Shown here in pieces: positions 13,265 through 25,855 of a stretch of DNA of 64,000 bases; within the stretch, counting starts at the first letter, position 1, and every line of letters begins with the position of its first letter. Under the pieces are notes generated by a model. The model ran no database searches, had not been told where the DNA came from, and was given only the letters and a program-made list of their open reading frames with translations. The position numbers were made by a program, and so were the translations under genes. This stretch comes from Octopus vulgaris (taxonomy: Eukaryota): positions 85,250,001-85,314,000 of the forward strand of contig OX597822.1 of the NCBI GenBank assembly GCA_951406725.2. Direction: 5' to 3'.

Positions 13265-15289
13265 GTTGTTTTTATTAGCCACACAGGGCTGCACACGGAC
13301 GGGACAAATTACAAAGTAGAGCTTTTCTTTTTGGGGAGAAGAAAAAAGTGGGGTAGGTTTTCGATTAAAAGGGATCGTAAAAAGGAAAGAAAAAAACGAT
13401 CCCTATTGATCGTGTATCACAGAAATGTCATGATGTAAAGTGTAAAGGGGGAAGCAGATAAGGTTTATCCGTGGAAAGAAAAGCCTACGGAAAAGACCAC
13501 GGTAAACACGGTCAATAATGTCACATGTTAACATATTTATTTGCAAGTAAGCAACTCTCTGTTTTAAATTTTTCCGGGTTCATAGGATTATGCTCAAGGT
13601 GGCTTCGTCATTCATACGTGCCATCCTTGCTACATTCACCCATCTTCTTTTTTAAACATTCGCTAGGCAAAACTTGCCTCTCTATTCTCACTTTCCTTTT
13701 CAAGTGATACTTGAAGTTGATGAGAGATTGACCAGAGAGGAAAGTGTTTGTCTTCAATCCTTTCAGACGCGTCCACCAGATACATTCTTTCGCCATAGCC
13801 ACAAGTTTGATGAAAATAGCTCTTCCTTCACGTTTGAAGGAAGGAGGCGTGACAATATTGACGATAGACTCGGCTGATAAACCGAGTCGTCCCACACATG
13901 ACAGCAGTCGTTCGACATAAGCCCACAGGTCGGAAATGGTTGGACACTGCATGAGTGCGTGCAGAACGGTTTCGTCGCTCTGACCGCATCTCGGGCAGGT
14001 CGGCTCCGTGTTTCTCGAGCCGTGTCTGTAGAGCTTATCCCGAACGGGTAGCGCTTCTCGGTAGCACTGCCAGGCCAGGGATCTCTGGAAGTTGTCCATG
14101 GGTCCTGGCCCGAAAGTTGTCCTGAACAGGCGGGTCAGGTATTCCTCGTCGATGTCCAGGTTTGCCCCAAGATCGTCGTCGTACCTCCCCTCCACTAATC
14201 CCCTATAGAATGCTTTGGTTGTGTTGAAGTCACTCAAGGTCGACCCGGGACGGCAGAGTTGCCTGAGAGCAACGCGACACTCGCTGTGCTATTCGCCCTT
14301 CCTCGGCCTCTTTTTGATCCACGACTGTAGTTCAGTCATGGAGACGAGCTGCGGGAAAGCGTGCTTTACAAACGCGACCACACCTGTTCACCGTCGTCTA
14401 CGTAGAGCCGGAGATGTCGCAGTCTCAGCGCGTGTCTGCGCATCAGCGCATCATCAACTACGACATGCACAGTCCTCCTTTTAATGGGTGTTGACAGCAA
14501 ATGGATCGCCTGACCATCGGGACGCATCCTTTCCACAAGAAGCGGAAGAGAATGTGTTCTAGTTTGGTGATGGTAAGGTCGGGACAAGGCACGACGGTCA
14601 GGCGGTAGTAGATGACGGACGCGATGCACATGTTCTCCACCTCCGCCCGACCTTTTAGGGACAGTTTCCTCTCGGCCCATTGCCGAGCGAGAGTGACCTC
14701 CCTACTCGTTATCTCGTTCCAGTTCTTCTCCATTTGGAAATCCGGACCAAACCAGACCCCGAGCAACTCGACCGGACCGTTGGTCCAGCGTCCCACGACG
14801 GAAGCGCTGGTGGACGGCATGGGCTTGCTTCTCCAGGTGCCGAGCCGCAAGCCCACTGACTTTTCCCGGTTGATTTTCGCTCCTGTCACCGCTTCGTAGT
14901 CTTTCAGTGTCTCGCCGACCAGCTCGATTTGCTCGTGGCTAGACACTATGACGGTAACGTCGTCCGCGAATGCAGACACGCTCGTCCCCCATCCCAATTC
15001 TCGCGGGATGTCCCGCAGAGTCGCCAGCTTCCGCAGTAATGGCTTGAGAGTCAATACGTAGAGAAGCGACGAGAGGGGGCATCCCTGACGGACCGAACGT
15101 GCAATGTCGAAAGGTTTCGATAGATGTCCATTTACGCGAATTACCGAACGGAAACCTCTGTACAAAGCGGCTATCCAGCCGCGGAAGACGGGACCGAAAC
15201 CAGCCGCTGTGAGGACAGCCTCCAAGTATCAATGGTCTACCCTATCGAAAGCTTTCGATTGATCCAAATTGATCAGGGCCCCACCCATG

Positions 15290-15291
<2 letters not shown>
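13265..15291 (-). mobile_element. 5'-truncated Tx1/L1-clade LINE (RT, zf-RVT, 3'UTR), frameshifted
   Basis: LDQSKAFDRVD, SVRQGCPLS and AFADDV RT motifs; CPRCGQSDETVLHALMQC zinc finger; AATAAA near the 3' end; (TA)n on both sides. Confidence 0.92.
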
Positions 15292-15371
<80 letters not shown>

Positions 15372-15375
<4 letters not shown>

Positions 15376-15512
15376 GAAAAAAAAGTCAAGATAGAAAATG
15401 CTAAAATAATTTTATAAAAAGCATTTCAGTACCGGTTTCAGTCATTGAAACTTTTTCAACTGTAACGATTAAATAATTAAATTTAGAAAAATTAGAAGAA
15501 AAGTTTTTTTAA
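15372..15512 (-). mobile_element. Short non-coding repeat carrying a variant hammerhead (15427-15462)
   Basis: Reverse complement of about 62125-62260; minus strand CAG-TTGAAAA-AGT..ACT-GAAA-CCGG-TA-CTG; abuts (TA)n. Confidence 0.7.
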
Positions 15513-15613
15513 AAGAATATTTGTATAGAGTTCAAATACAAGTGGCATTTTCCTTGTTTCTGCCCGTCTCTCTGTCTCTCTGTCTCTCTTGTTTACTCTT
15601 GTGCGTTCGAGGT

Positions 15614-15698
<85 letters not shown>

Positions 15699-16529
15699 TC
15701 TATGAAATTGCAAGCTCGTCTGATTTTCGCGTTTTATTATTTACAATTTTTACAATTTTACAATATTGAAATAAACTAGTACTTTCAGGAATTACGTATG
15801 TATGTATGTATGTATGTATGTATGTATGTATGTATGTATGTATGTATGTATGTATGTATGTATGTATGTATATAAGTATATGTGTGTGTGTGTATGTATA
15901 CATGTATACATATATGTATGTGTATATATATATATATATATACACACACACATATCTATATGTATATAACAAAGACAAATCTGTAGCGAGAAAGAGAGGG
16001 AATGAGAAAGATAGGAGAAAGAGGGAGCGAGATCTAAAAATAGAGAGAAGGAAGTTATATTATGACGTCATATTAAACCTGTCAAATAACCCAGCGTCTG
16101 ACACTGAAGCAGAACAAATGGAATGGCTAATATTTCACTAAATATTATTTCCTTCTGGATTTAAACAACAGAAAATGGATTCCCTAGCATCAAAGTAAGT
16201 AATATTTAATAATAAATCGCACCTTTCTGTTAGAGTTCTTGACAATCACTTAATCAGCTCTCAACTATTTTATTGCATTTCCAAATCATATAGAATTCAC
16301 AAACTGTAAAAATCCTCAAAATTCTGTGTGTAACAACAGCCCATACATTCACCCCTTCACAACCAAACATTGAGTATTAGCGTTACATTCACCAACCGAA
16401 CTACCCACTAAGAGGAGAAAACAGCACAATTCCAAATACACCATTCTCTTGACCATCTTTGAATCATAGTTTAACACAAGATACACAAAATATTGGCTAG
16501 AAATTTATTGACAGGTAAATTTCTAACCT

Positions 16530-16655
16530 ATACATATAGGACGGGCTTCTTTCAGTTTCCGTCTACCAAATCCACTCACAAGATTTTGGTCGGCCCGAAG
16601 CTATAATAAAAGTCACTTGCCCAAGGTGCCACGCAGTGGGACTGAAACCAGAATT
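16530..16655 (-). mobile_element. SINE family A fragment
   Basis: Reverse complement of the family A head (CACTTGCCCAAGGTGCCACGCAGTGGGACTGAA). Confidence 0.85.
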
Positions 16656-17279
16656 ATGCTAATTATGAAAATAAAATTCATTTCCGCCATAAATTAGTAA
16701 ATAAAAAGTTAACAGTTTTTAAAGTGTAAAAATTTAGAAGTGATTTTAGCCAATCGAAAGCCACCATTGAACACATGACTGTAAATCCCACATTGATGTC
16801 TGTTTCCATAGTAACAAACTTGTTGTCTGTCGAGTTTTCGCGTGCGAATGTCACTACTTTGATCGCTGCAACAAAGATGGGACCCACGTGTAGCAAGTTG
16901 AAAGCACATGGGCCGGTCTAAAATGAGAGAAAGGAACGACGTTGTGGAACCAACCATTCTAAAGATTTGTTTCTTTGGGAGTTCATGTGGCACAGGGAAA
17001 CGAAAATTGTAATTTATTCGATAAACTCCAAGAGTATATATCAAACTTTCGGTTTTGAATTTTCGAATCGTTTACATAAACTTTTAGAGTCTCTTTAATA
17101 GTTCTTTTTTTTTTTTTTTGCAAAACAAATTTCGTTCGAAAATGCTCGTTGTAAAATCTCTCTAAAAGATCAACGCAGTAGTTGTACTAACAAGTCATGT
17201 TTGTAGCCACTGCAGCATGGTTGTCCGTTCAAATGAACTTTATTGCAATCCTTTAACCCCAAGAGGACATCTCTATCTG

Positions 17280-17700
17280 GTTAACGATGCACAGCTGCAT
17301 CCAAGATATTGCGAGTAGGGGAGCGAACCCTTACCACCTTCTAACGACGGGACCAGCAGACCATCCTGGTTTCGGGCTATTTCTTCCGCTCTTCAATACT
17401 GGACACCTCGTCTTATAGAGATGGCAATAGCTCGCTCCTGTTCGCAATATATATATGGGGCTGTCAGGGCGAAGAATGGTCTACGAGCGATGAGAAGAAA
17501 AGAAACGATTGGGTCGGGGAGGAGGGCGGCTTGAATGGTAGTCTGATGACCCTAAATAGAAAATTTAGCCTCTTGGATAAGAATGTGCTTTCTCCAAGAA
17601 AGATCCTCGGCGATAATAAGGCGCAGCATTTGAACCAAATAAGAGGGTTTTGAGGGTCGTTCATGTTTAGTGCAAGCGTGGTGTGGTGCAGTGGTGTTTT
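17280..17700 (-). mobile_element. Highly decayed LINE RT thumb-region fragment (CR1/L2/Jockey-like)
   Basis: Minus-strand LRLIIAEDLSWRKHI resembles LGVxIDxxLSWxxHI; the rest is degenerate and the boundaries are uncertain. Confidence 0.4.
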
Positions 17701-18668
17701 CTTTGGTATGAGCAGTGGATGGCATAGAGAATCGTCTCAAAGGGTGAAGTGAGGGAAAAAAAAGACTTGAGAGAGTGAGATGGAATTTGTTTAAGGGGGA
17801 AACAGCAAAAGAAAATAATAATAAGGGAAACAAAAACAAACGGAAAAGAAAAAAGTGAGATAAAAAGAGAGAGCGGTTGGGGAGGAAGAAATAGTGAGTG
17901 AGGCAAAGAAGTGTTAGACGAAAGAGAGAGAGGAGAGATGGGGATGTTAAAGGGAAGGAGATAGAGAGAGATTGGAATCAAGACGAACAAAGATAAGGAA
18001 TCATAGAATAGAATAGAAAGAGAAAGAAAGAGGCGGATGAAAAATAGAAAAATGTAGAGGGAGAGTGATAGAGACTGATACACACACACACACATGTGCA
18101 TGTATATGGAGAGAGGGAGAGCGGGAGAGAGGGAGAGAGAGAAGAGAGAGAGAGAGCTTTGACGTAAAGTTTAAATTTTCGTTAATATTCAAATGAACCA
18201 GAAAATGCGTCTGGCAATGAATCGGAATAAATGGAATTATCAGCAAATACACCAAAAAAAAAAAAAAAAAGGAAGAAAATGGAAGATATCTAGCGTCTGA
18301 AAATCTTGTAACGTTTGATTAATAGTTTTGTCTCATTCCAATACAACCTTTAGAGAAATAATCAACGAAATACAAATTAGCGTCATCTGACCGACTGTAG
18401 ACGCCCAACAGCATGTTTCGCTCGCAGATCCGAAGTAAAAGGTACTTAAGATACAGATGGGTTAATCAAAACCATTTGCTAAAAATATCTCTGGAAATCC
18501 TAGACATTATGCGTTAGAATCGATAAGATCACTCACGCTAAAGATTTGAAGATAATTGATTGAATCATATCCCAAAGACAGAGGAAGTCAGACAGGCATA
18601 GATATTAGTTTAAAAGTTTTAAAAAGTGAAGGGGCAGAAAGGGAGAGAGAGGGGGGATAGTGGCTAGA

Positions 18669-18900
18669 GGCGGCGAGCTGGCAAAATCGTTAGCACGCCG
18701 GGCGAAATGCTTAGCGGTATTTCGCCCGTCGCTACGTTCTGAGTTCAACTTCCGCCGAGGTCGACTTTGCCTTTCATCCTTTCGGGGTCGATAAATTAAG
18801 TACCGGTTACGCACTGGGGTCGATGTAATCGACTTAATCCGTTTGTCTGTCCTTGTTTGTCCCCTCTGTGTTTAGCCCCTTGTGGGTAGTAAAGAAATAA
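18669..18900 (+). mobile_element. SINE family B
   Basis: Near-identical to 8793-9022; GCTAGA flanks both ends. Confidence 0.9.
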
Positions 18901-19080
18901 GCTAGAGGAGCGAAATAGACATAGAATGTGTCAGTTAAAAGGGAAATATCAAAGAGTTATGTGAGAGATATGCGTAAGTAAAGTAAAAAGACAGAAAGAA
19001 AGAGAGATGATTGGTAAATAAAATGGAGAAAGTGAGAGAAACTCAGTGGCAAATGAGAATAAAATAGGGGAAAAGAGTGA

Positions 19081-19121
<41 letters not shown>

Positions 19122-19241
19122 AGAGGGAAAATGTCCAAACGATAAAAGGCATCTGACAACGAATAAGATCATAAGCACCAAATTATATCCTGTGAGATTC
19201 CAATTCCATTGCATTTTCATAATTAACGATATACTTATAAC

Positions 19242-19345
19242 GGCGGAGGTAAAGAATAAGTACGCCACCGGTTTTCGGCGTAACAAAAACCCTAACCCTA
19301 AACCCTAGAACTAACCACCGGTTGTACGTATTCTTTACCTTCGCC
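19242..19345. mobile_element. Short MITE with internal telomeric hexamers
   Basis: TIRs GGCGGAGGTAAAGAATAAGTAC / GTACGTATTCTTTACCTTCGCC; internal CCCTAA units; imperfect 8-bp TSD CTTATAAC/TTTACAAC; related partial copy at 29269-29356. Confidence 0.7.
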
Positions 19346-19564
19346 TTTACAACTGATCTGCCTAAAATATTCTTGCCAGTGAACTTTTATATATTCTTCT
19401 TTTTTTTTTCTGGACGAGTCAAAGAATCTATAAATGACCGGCAGTAAATATGCCGAATGTCGTCTTACTCCAAATATTGGCGATGCAGGTCCTACATCGA
19501 ATCTTTCGGTCATCGAATCTTTCGGTTACTGTCGCAGATTTTGAACTTTCTTTCTTTTTCAACA

Positions 19565-19975
19565 GGGGCAGGAGTGGCTGTGTGGTAAGTAGCTTGCTTA
19601 CCAACCACATGGTTCCGGGTTCAGTTCCACTTCGTGGCACCTTGGGTAAGTGTCTTCTACTATAGCCTCGGGCTGACCAAAGCCTTGTGAGTGGATTTGG
19701 TAGACGGAAACTGAAAGAAGCCCGTCGTATATATGTATATATATATGTGTGTATGTGCGTCTTTGTGTGTCTGTGTTTGTCCCCCCCCCCAACATCGCTT
19801 GACAACCGATGCTTGTGTGTTTACGTCCCCGTAACATAGCGGTTCGGCAAAAAGTACCGATAAAATAAGTACTAGGCTTACAAAGAATAAGTCCTGGGGT
19901 CGATTTGATCGACTAAAGGCGGTGCTCCAGCATGGCCACAGTCACATGACTGAAACAAGTAAAAGAGTAAAAGAG
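19565..19975 (+). mobile_element. SINE family A, full length
   Basis: tRNA-like head, CORE-like GCACCTTGGGTAAGT, internal TA/TG tract, GTAAAAGA tail repeats. Confidence 0.9.
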
Positions 19976-20288
19976 AGAGGGGAAGACGGTGATGCCGTCT
20001 GATATTCTATTGTCACCCGTTCCATTACCAGTGGATGCAGATGTAGACGGTCTGTCTAGGGACGCGGTCGGTACAAAGGCGACATGACAACGCACAAACA
20101 CTAAACTCTTGGAAGTAAACAAAAATCCTAATATCTTGCAAGTATTGTATCGCGAAACTGTAATGTCTGAATCGCGTTGAAATGAAGAAAATAACCAACA
20201 ATAAAAGATTGCCGATAACAAAAATGGATTCTATTATACACTTTTTGTTCTGTTGGCATATAGACACGCGCGCGCACACACACGCATA

Positions 20289-20321
<33 letters not shown>

Positions 20322-20359
20322 ATATGGTGAATTCTCTCATCGAAGACGATGAATGAGGG

Positions 20360-20463
<104 letters not shown>

Positions 20464-20543
20464 GGTCAAACAGACGGTCAGACAGTCGGTCAGACAGACG
20501 GATGGATGGATGGATGGATGGATGGATGGATGGATGGATGGAT

Positions 20544-20602
<59 letters not shown>

Positions 20603-21892
20603 GTTTCTTTATTAGCCACACAGGGCTGCACACAGACGGGACAAATTACAAAGTAGAGCTTTTCTTTGGGGAATAAAAAAAGGGGGGTTAGTTTTTGATC
20701 AAAAGGGATCGTAAATGGAAAGAAAGAATAAAGCAAAAAAAAAAGTGTATATTAAGATAAAAGGCGCAGGAGTGGCTGTGTGGTAAGTAGCTTGTTTACC
20801 AACCACATGGTTCCGGGTTCAGTCCCACTGCGTGGCACCTTGAGCAAGTGTCTTCTACTATAGCCTCGGGCCGACCAAAGCCTTGTGAGTGGATTTGGTA
20901 GACAGAAACTGAAAGAAGCCCGTCGTATATATGTATATATATGCATGTGTGTGTTTGTGTGTCTGTGCTTGTCCCCCTAGCATTGCTTGACAACCGATGC
21001 TGGTGTGTTTATGTCCCCCGTTACTTAGCGGTTCGGCAAAAGAGACCGATAGAATAAGTACCGGGCTTACAAAAGAATAAGTCCCGGGGTCGAGTTGCTC
21101 GATTAAAGGCGGTGCTTCAGCATGGCCGCAGTCAAATGACTGAAACAAGTAAAAGAGAGAAAGAGAAAGAGAAAAGGAAAAAGAAAAAATCGATCAATAG
21201 GGATCGTTATCAAGGAAATGTCAATATAAAGTGTAAAGGGGAAGACAGGTGAGGTTTACCCGTGGAAAGAAAAGCCTACGGAAAAGACCACGGTATCCTC
21301 GGTCAATGATGTCACATGTTATATTTTTTTTACAAATAAGCAACTCTCCGTATTAATTTTTACGGTTCATAGGATCATAGTCAAGGTGGCTTCGTCATTC
21401 ATACGTGTCATCCTTGCTACATTCACCCATCTTTTTTAAAACATTCACTAGACAAAACTTGCCTCTCTACTCTCACTTTCCTTTTCAAGTGATACTTGAA
21501 GTTGATGAGAGATTGACCAGAGAGGAAAGTGTTTGTCTCTAATACTTTCAGGCGCGTCCACCAGATACATTCGCCATAGCCACAAGTATGATGAAAATAA
21601 CTCTTCCTTCCCGTTTGAAGGAAGGAGGCGTGACGATATTGACGATAGACTCGGCTGATAAACCGACACGTCCCACACGTGACAGCAGTCGTTCGACATA
21701 AGCCCACAGGTCGGAGATTGTTGGACACTGCACGATTGCGTGCAGAACGGTTTCGTCGCTCTGACCGCATCTCGAGCAGGTCGGCCCCGTGTTTCTCGAG
21801 CCATACCTATAGAGTTTATCCCGAACGGGTAGCGCTTCTCGGTAGCACTGCCAGGCCAGGGATCTCTGGAAGTTGTCCATGGGTTCCGGCCC
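20603..21892 (-). mobile_element. Second 5'-truncated Tx1/L1-clade copy (zf-RVT and 3'UTR) with a nested SINE
   Basis: Closely matches 13265-14111; (GATA)n on both sides. Confidence 0.9.
20763..21156 (+). mobile_element. SINE family A, full length, inserted in the Tx1 3'UTR
   Basis: Matches the 19565 copy and interrupts sequence that is continuous in the 13265 Tx1 copy. Confidence 0.9.
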
Positions 21893-21909
21893 AGATAGAT
21901 AGATAGATC

Positions 21910-21994
<85 letters not shown>

Positions 21995-22092
21995 CCAGCA
22001 CATATTTTCTATGCCAATTGGATTCATTCCTACAGATGGGAAACAGAATAAGATAAATTGAACAGTAAAAAGAGAGAGGGGGAAGGGGGAAG

Positions 22093-22159
<67 letters not shown>

Positions 22160-22786
22160 GCATGAGTGAAAGAGGGGAAGTATTGTGTTAGTGAGAGCGA
22201 AAAGAAAATGAAACAAGAGATAGAAAAAGATAGCGATAAAGAGAAATAGAAGAGGACATGCTAGAGAAAAGTGGTAAGTTGAGTAAAAGAGAGAGGAGGA
22301 AGTAGACTGAAAGATGCAGGGGAAAACGCAGAGAAAGATCGATAGAGACACGGAGAAGAAAGGTTTCACTTTGATGTTAATTTATATTTAACGAATATTT
22401 AAAATGAAGGATAAGAAGCGTTTGACAACGAATCAGAGAATTTGTAGAACAGAAAATGAATTTCTAAGTTTGAAAGTAAGTAACCCTAACCATAATTGGA
22501 ACAGCTACACAGACAGGAAAACTTAATACATACTTTACATGCGTTAGATAAACAAACTTGATGGTTCGTTTGCTGGATTAGACATGATATCTACCAAAGT
22601 ACGAATCACGAGCCACATATTTATGACACCGCTAGAAAAAACTGCCGTTCAAACCGAAAAGATCAAAAAATCGTATCTGCATTACATAAATATTCGTATA
22701 CAGATACTGGTACAAAGTTGTGCGTTCAAGATGTATGTCTCACTATGAAATAATTTGTCACAAAATATTCCAAAACGATATTCTAA

Positions 22787-23382
22787 GGATCTTTTCCTTT
22801 TGAACGGCAGATGTCAACAAAATTTCTAGTTAACTAAACACTTTTAAACTTCGTATACTGGTAGAATGTGTTTATAAAACATCATTTTTTCTTGGCTTTA
22901 TTGAGAAAATTCTATAGTTTGTAAGATATTTCGTCTGAAAATCCGGCATTTCGGCAATTTTAACCAATCGATTACCTCCATTCAACTAAAATTATTTGCT
23001 GCGTCTAAAACTGAGACAACATCCTGTAACTAACCATAACCCTCCCCTAACCCTAACCCTAATTTTTTTTCTTAATCATTTTCCATTGCTTTCGGGGTTT
23101 TTTTTACACGCGTAACAACTAAATTAACAATTAAGAAACAAAAATTAGGGTTAGGGTTAGGTTGAGGGGTAGTGTCTCAGTTTTAGACGCAGCAAATGAT
23201 TTTAGCTCAAAAGAGAGCGTAGGATTGGTTAAAATTCGAAAAATTAAGCTACGTTAAACAAACAAATTACAATTTTCTCAAGAAAGCCAAGAGAAAAAAA
23301 TGTTTTATTTTGACACATTCTACCAGTATACGAAGTTTTAAAGTGTTTAGTTAATTGTCTGCCGTTCAAAAGGAAAAGATCC
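22787..23382. mobile_element. Foldback non-autonomous DNA transposon with telomeric repeats
   Basis: Ends GGATCTTTTCCTTTTGAACGGCAG / CTGCCGTTCAAAAGGAAAAGATCC; almost the whole element is an imperfect palindrome, with (CCCTAA)n on the left arm and (TTAGGG)n on the right; TCTAA on both flanks. Confidence 0.85.
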
Positions 23383-23406
23383 TCTAATCATATATTATGA
23401 GATATA

Positions 23407-23803
23407 TCTTTATATATAAAAGAGAGGTTGTGTGCTGTCTGTCTCCTACGATTTAGATTCCTAGCTACTCCCACATTTTGCGGTGCAGTTTACCAAAACC
23501 GGGTATCTTATAGTCGTGATTCATATCGCGCCCTTCTGGGTATTAGCGCGCGTCTACGATGAGTCTACGATTTAAAAAAAAAATTTACCATAATTTTTTC
23601 CATTTTAATGCATTTTTTCGCTATTATATAAGGGAAGTAACTCTCTAAAAATGTCTACGATGAGTCAACGATGAAAAAAAAATTTACCATAATTTTTTTT
23701 CCATTTTAATGCATTTTTTGCTATTTTTTGGCTATAACTCTCTAAAAATGCTTATATAGTTATTTCCCTTACAAACCCGAGCAACGCCGGGCGATACTGC
23801 TAG
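23407..23803 (+). mobile_element. Non-autonomous Helitron
   Basis: A|TC start, subterminal hairpin CCCGAGCAACGCCGGG, CTAG|T end, no TSD; internal tandem duplication of about 90 bp. Confidence 0.8.
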
Positions 23804-25389
23804 TGTTATATATATATTGAGTAACATCTCCATCTCCACCTCCGCCATTAACGAACCAAATAGTAATTTGGTAAAAAAGAACTTTGACGGAATTTACCCG
23901 AAATCAACAACAAACATATCACAAGTAAAATATTTAGGGAAGAAAATGTTTCTCACACACAAATTCACATTCTGTAAAACGTTGGTTATAGTGATTAAAT
24001 TTGAAGAACTGCATACCAAAAAAAAACTACCACTAAAGAGTTTCCTTCATTAATGACTTTAAACAACTGAATTATATATTTGATTGGCATGTAAATTACA
24101 TTAATCACGTCAATAAGGAAATATATCAAGAAAAATGAAAATCACAGCTAATAATGTCTCCACGATGTATGGCCACAAATGGCCACCAAATGCCATATAA
24201 CAACTGATCTACCTCAATCATTAGAAATATAAGGTTTATTATTGGTTTATTTAATTTTCTACTTTGAATTTGACACGAACTGGGGTTGTTAGGTTTATTT
24301 TTTGCGTTTGTTCCATAACGCTGAGTGAAATAATTTTCTAAGTTTGATGAAGGAGTTTAAAACATCACATCTTTCTCACAGCAAAGAAATATCTTTAAAA
24401 AGGCTTGCCAGTTCACCTAATGGGCCCATCGGACAAAATGGAAAAAGATGGCGAGGGAGACAAACTGGAAAAGTCACTCTGACTCACGGAGCTCGCTCTT
24501 TCGGATTGCCATCTCTTCTGTTTTGTCCAGGAATCTATAAATGACCAGCAGACCAAATGCCGAATGCATTATACAGAAGAATGGCAAAGGAGATGAAAGG
24601 CTGATTTCCCACAGATGACCGGATCGAACCTGCTAGCGGGGTGGAGGGAGGTTATTCGGGGGCCAGATACTAGACATTTCTATGTCTGTAGGTAACTGAG
24701 TTGGTGGGTAGAGATTTCGGAGCGAGTGAAGGCATATAGGTGAGAAAGAGAGATAGAAACAAAATATAACGAGCAAAAATGTGGTTGAGCAACAAGTAAT
24801 AATATCCAGAGAAAGAGAGGGAGGAGACAGTGAGAGAGAGAAAGAGAGAGAAACGGAGAAACAGAAAATGAACTCGAAAGACCGGGAGGAAGAAAGTGAC
24901 AGAGAAATATAGTATTTGCGCATGTCATGATAGAAGGAAGGGGAGGCAAACAGGAATTTTAGGAGCGCGAGTGTGGTAGTTGGTGTGTGTGTTTGTGAGA
25001 GAGAGGAAGTTGTGAAGCAAGAAGAATGATAAGAGTAAGAAATAAGTCAGAAAAACCAACGTTTTGAGAGAAAGGGTGGGAGGTAATGGTTGTGAGAGAT
25101 ATTGTATCTTAATAAGAGCGACAAAGAAATGAGTGAGAAAATTTTGGAGAGAAAGAATGAGAGAGGAAGTGACAGATACCCAGGGAAAAAAATAGGATGA
25201 AGACGAAGAGAAACAAGGAAGAATGAGAAAAAAAAAACTGAAAGACGGGAAGCAAAGAAGAATGTAGAGAGAGGTTAATATTCAAATGAAAGAAAAACAT
25301 AAGAAGCATCTTAAAAGTAAAACAAATGGAATTATCAACAATTACTCGAAATAGATTTTAATCTCGGATTAGCCAAATAGAAAATGGAT

Positions 25390-25625
25390 GGATTATTTTA
25401 AAAACTGTCGTTCAAACCGAAAAGATCCCGGTTCTGTTTACAAATACATAAAGTTTAGCTATTCTATCATTTTTTTACCCTTCCCCCCACCCCTACCCCT
25501 AACCCTAACTAACCCTAACCCTAAAACAGACTGAAATGCAATAGATCGATACTAGGGTCATAATTATGGGTGACAATTTCATATGACACCGCTAGAAAAA
25601 ACTGCCGTTCAAACCGAAAAGATCC
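25390..25625. mobile_element. Rearranged GGATC-family element
   Basis: 8-bp TSD AAATGGAT (25382-25389, 25626-25633); right TIR intact; telomeric hexamers present; left arm replaced by a copy of 26271-26354. Confidence 0.75.
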
Positions 25626-25855
25626 AAATGGATTAGTGAGTTTGAAAGTATGTAATGTTTAATTAACAACAAGCGGGACCCGTGGAATTTCCACGAGCCG
25701 ATCAATGTTGAATAAATAATAAACCTTTTCTACATATACGTGTGTATAAAAATAATGCATTGAAGAAAGGAGTCATTGAAATCTCTACTACACATATAAT
25801 AGAATTAGATACTTAGGCGACAAATAGTAAAATTGCGTATAATTGTACGGTTCTA

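Noticed and set aside
19565-19640. tRNA genes at SINE heads (also 36370-36438 and 61975-62044)
   Set aside because: A/B boxes are present but run directly into SINE bodies; no convincing cloverleaf.
19976-20105. Arg/Cys-rich protamine-like peptide (SGCRCRRSV.GRGRYKG)
   Set aside because: In-frame stops, no start codon and too short to support homology.
25667-25815. Additional Helitron termini
   Set aside because: The hairpin is followed by CTTG rather than CTRR, and its orientation conflicts with the nearby TC-start candidate.
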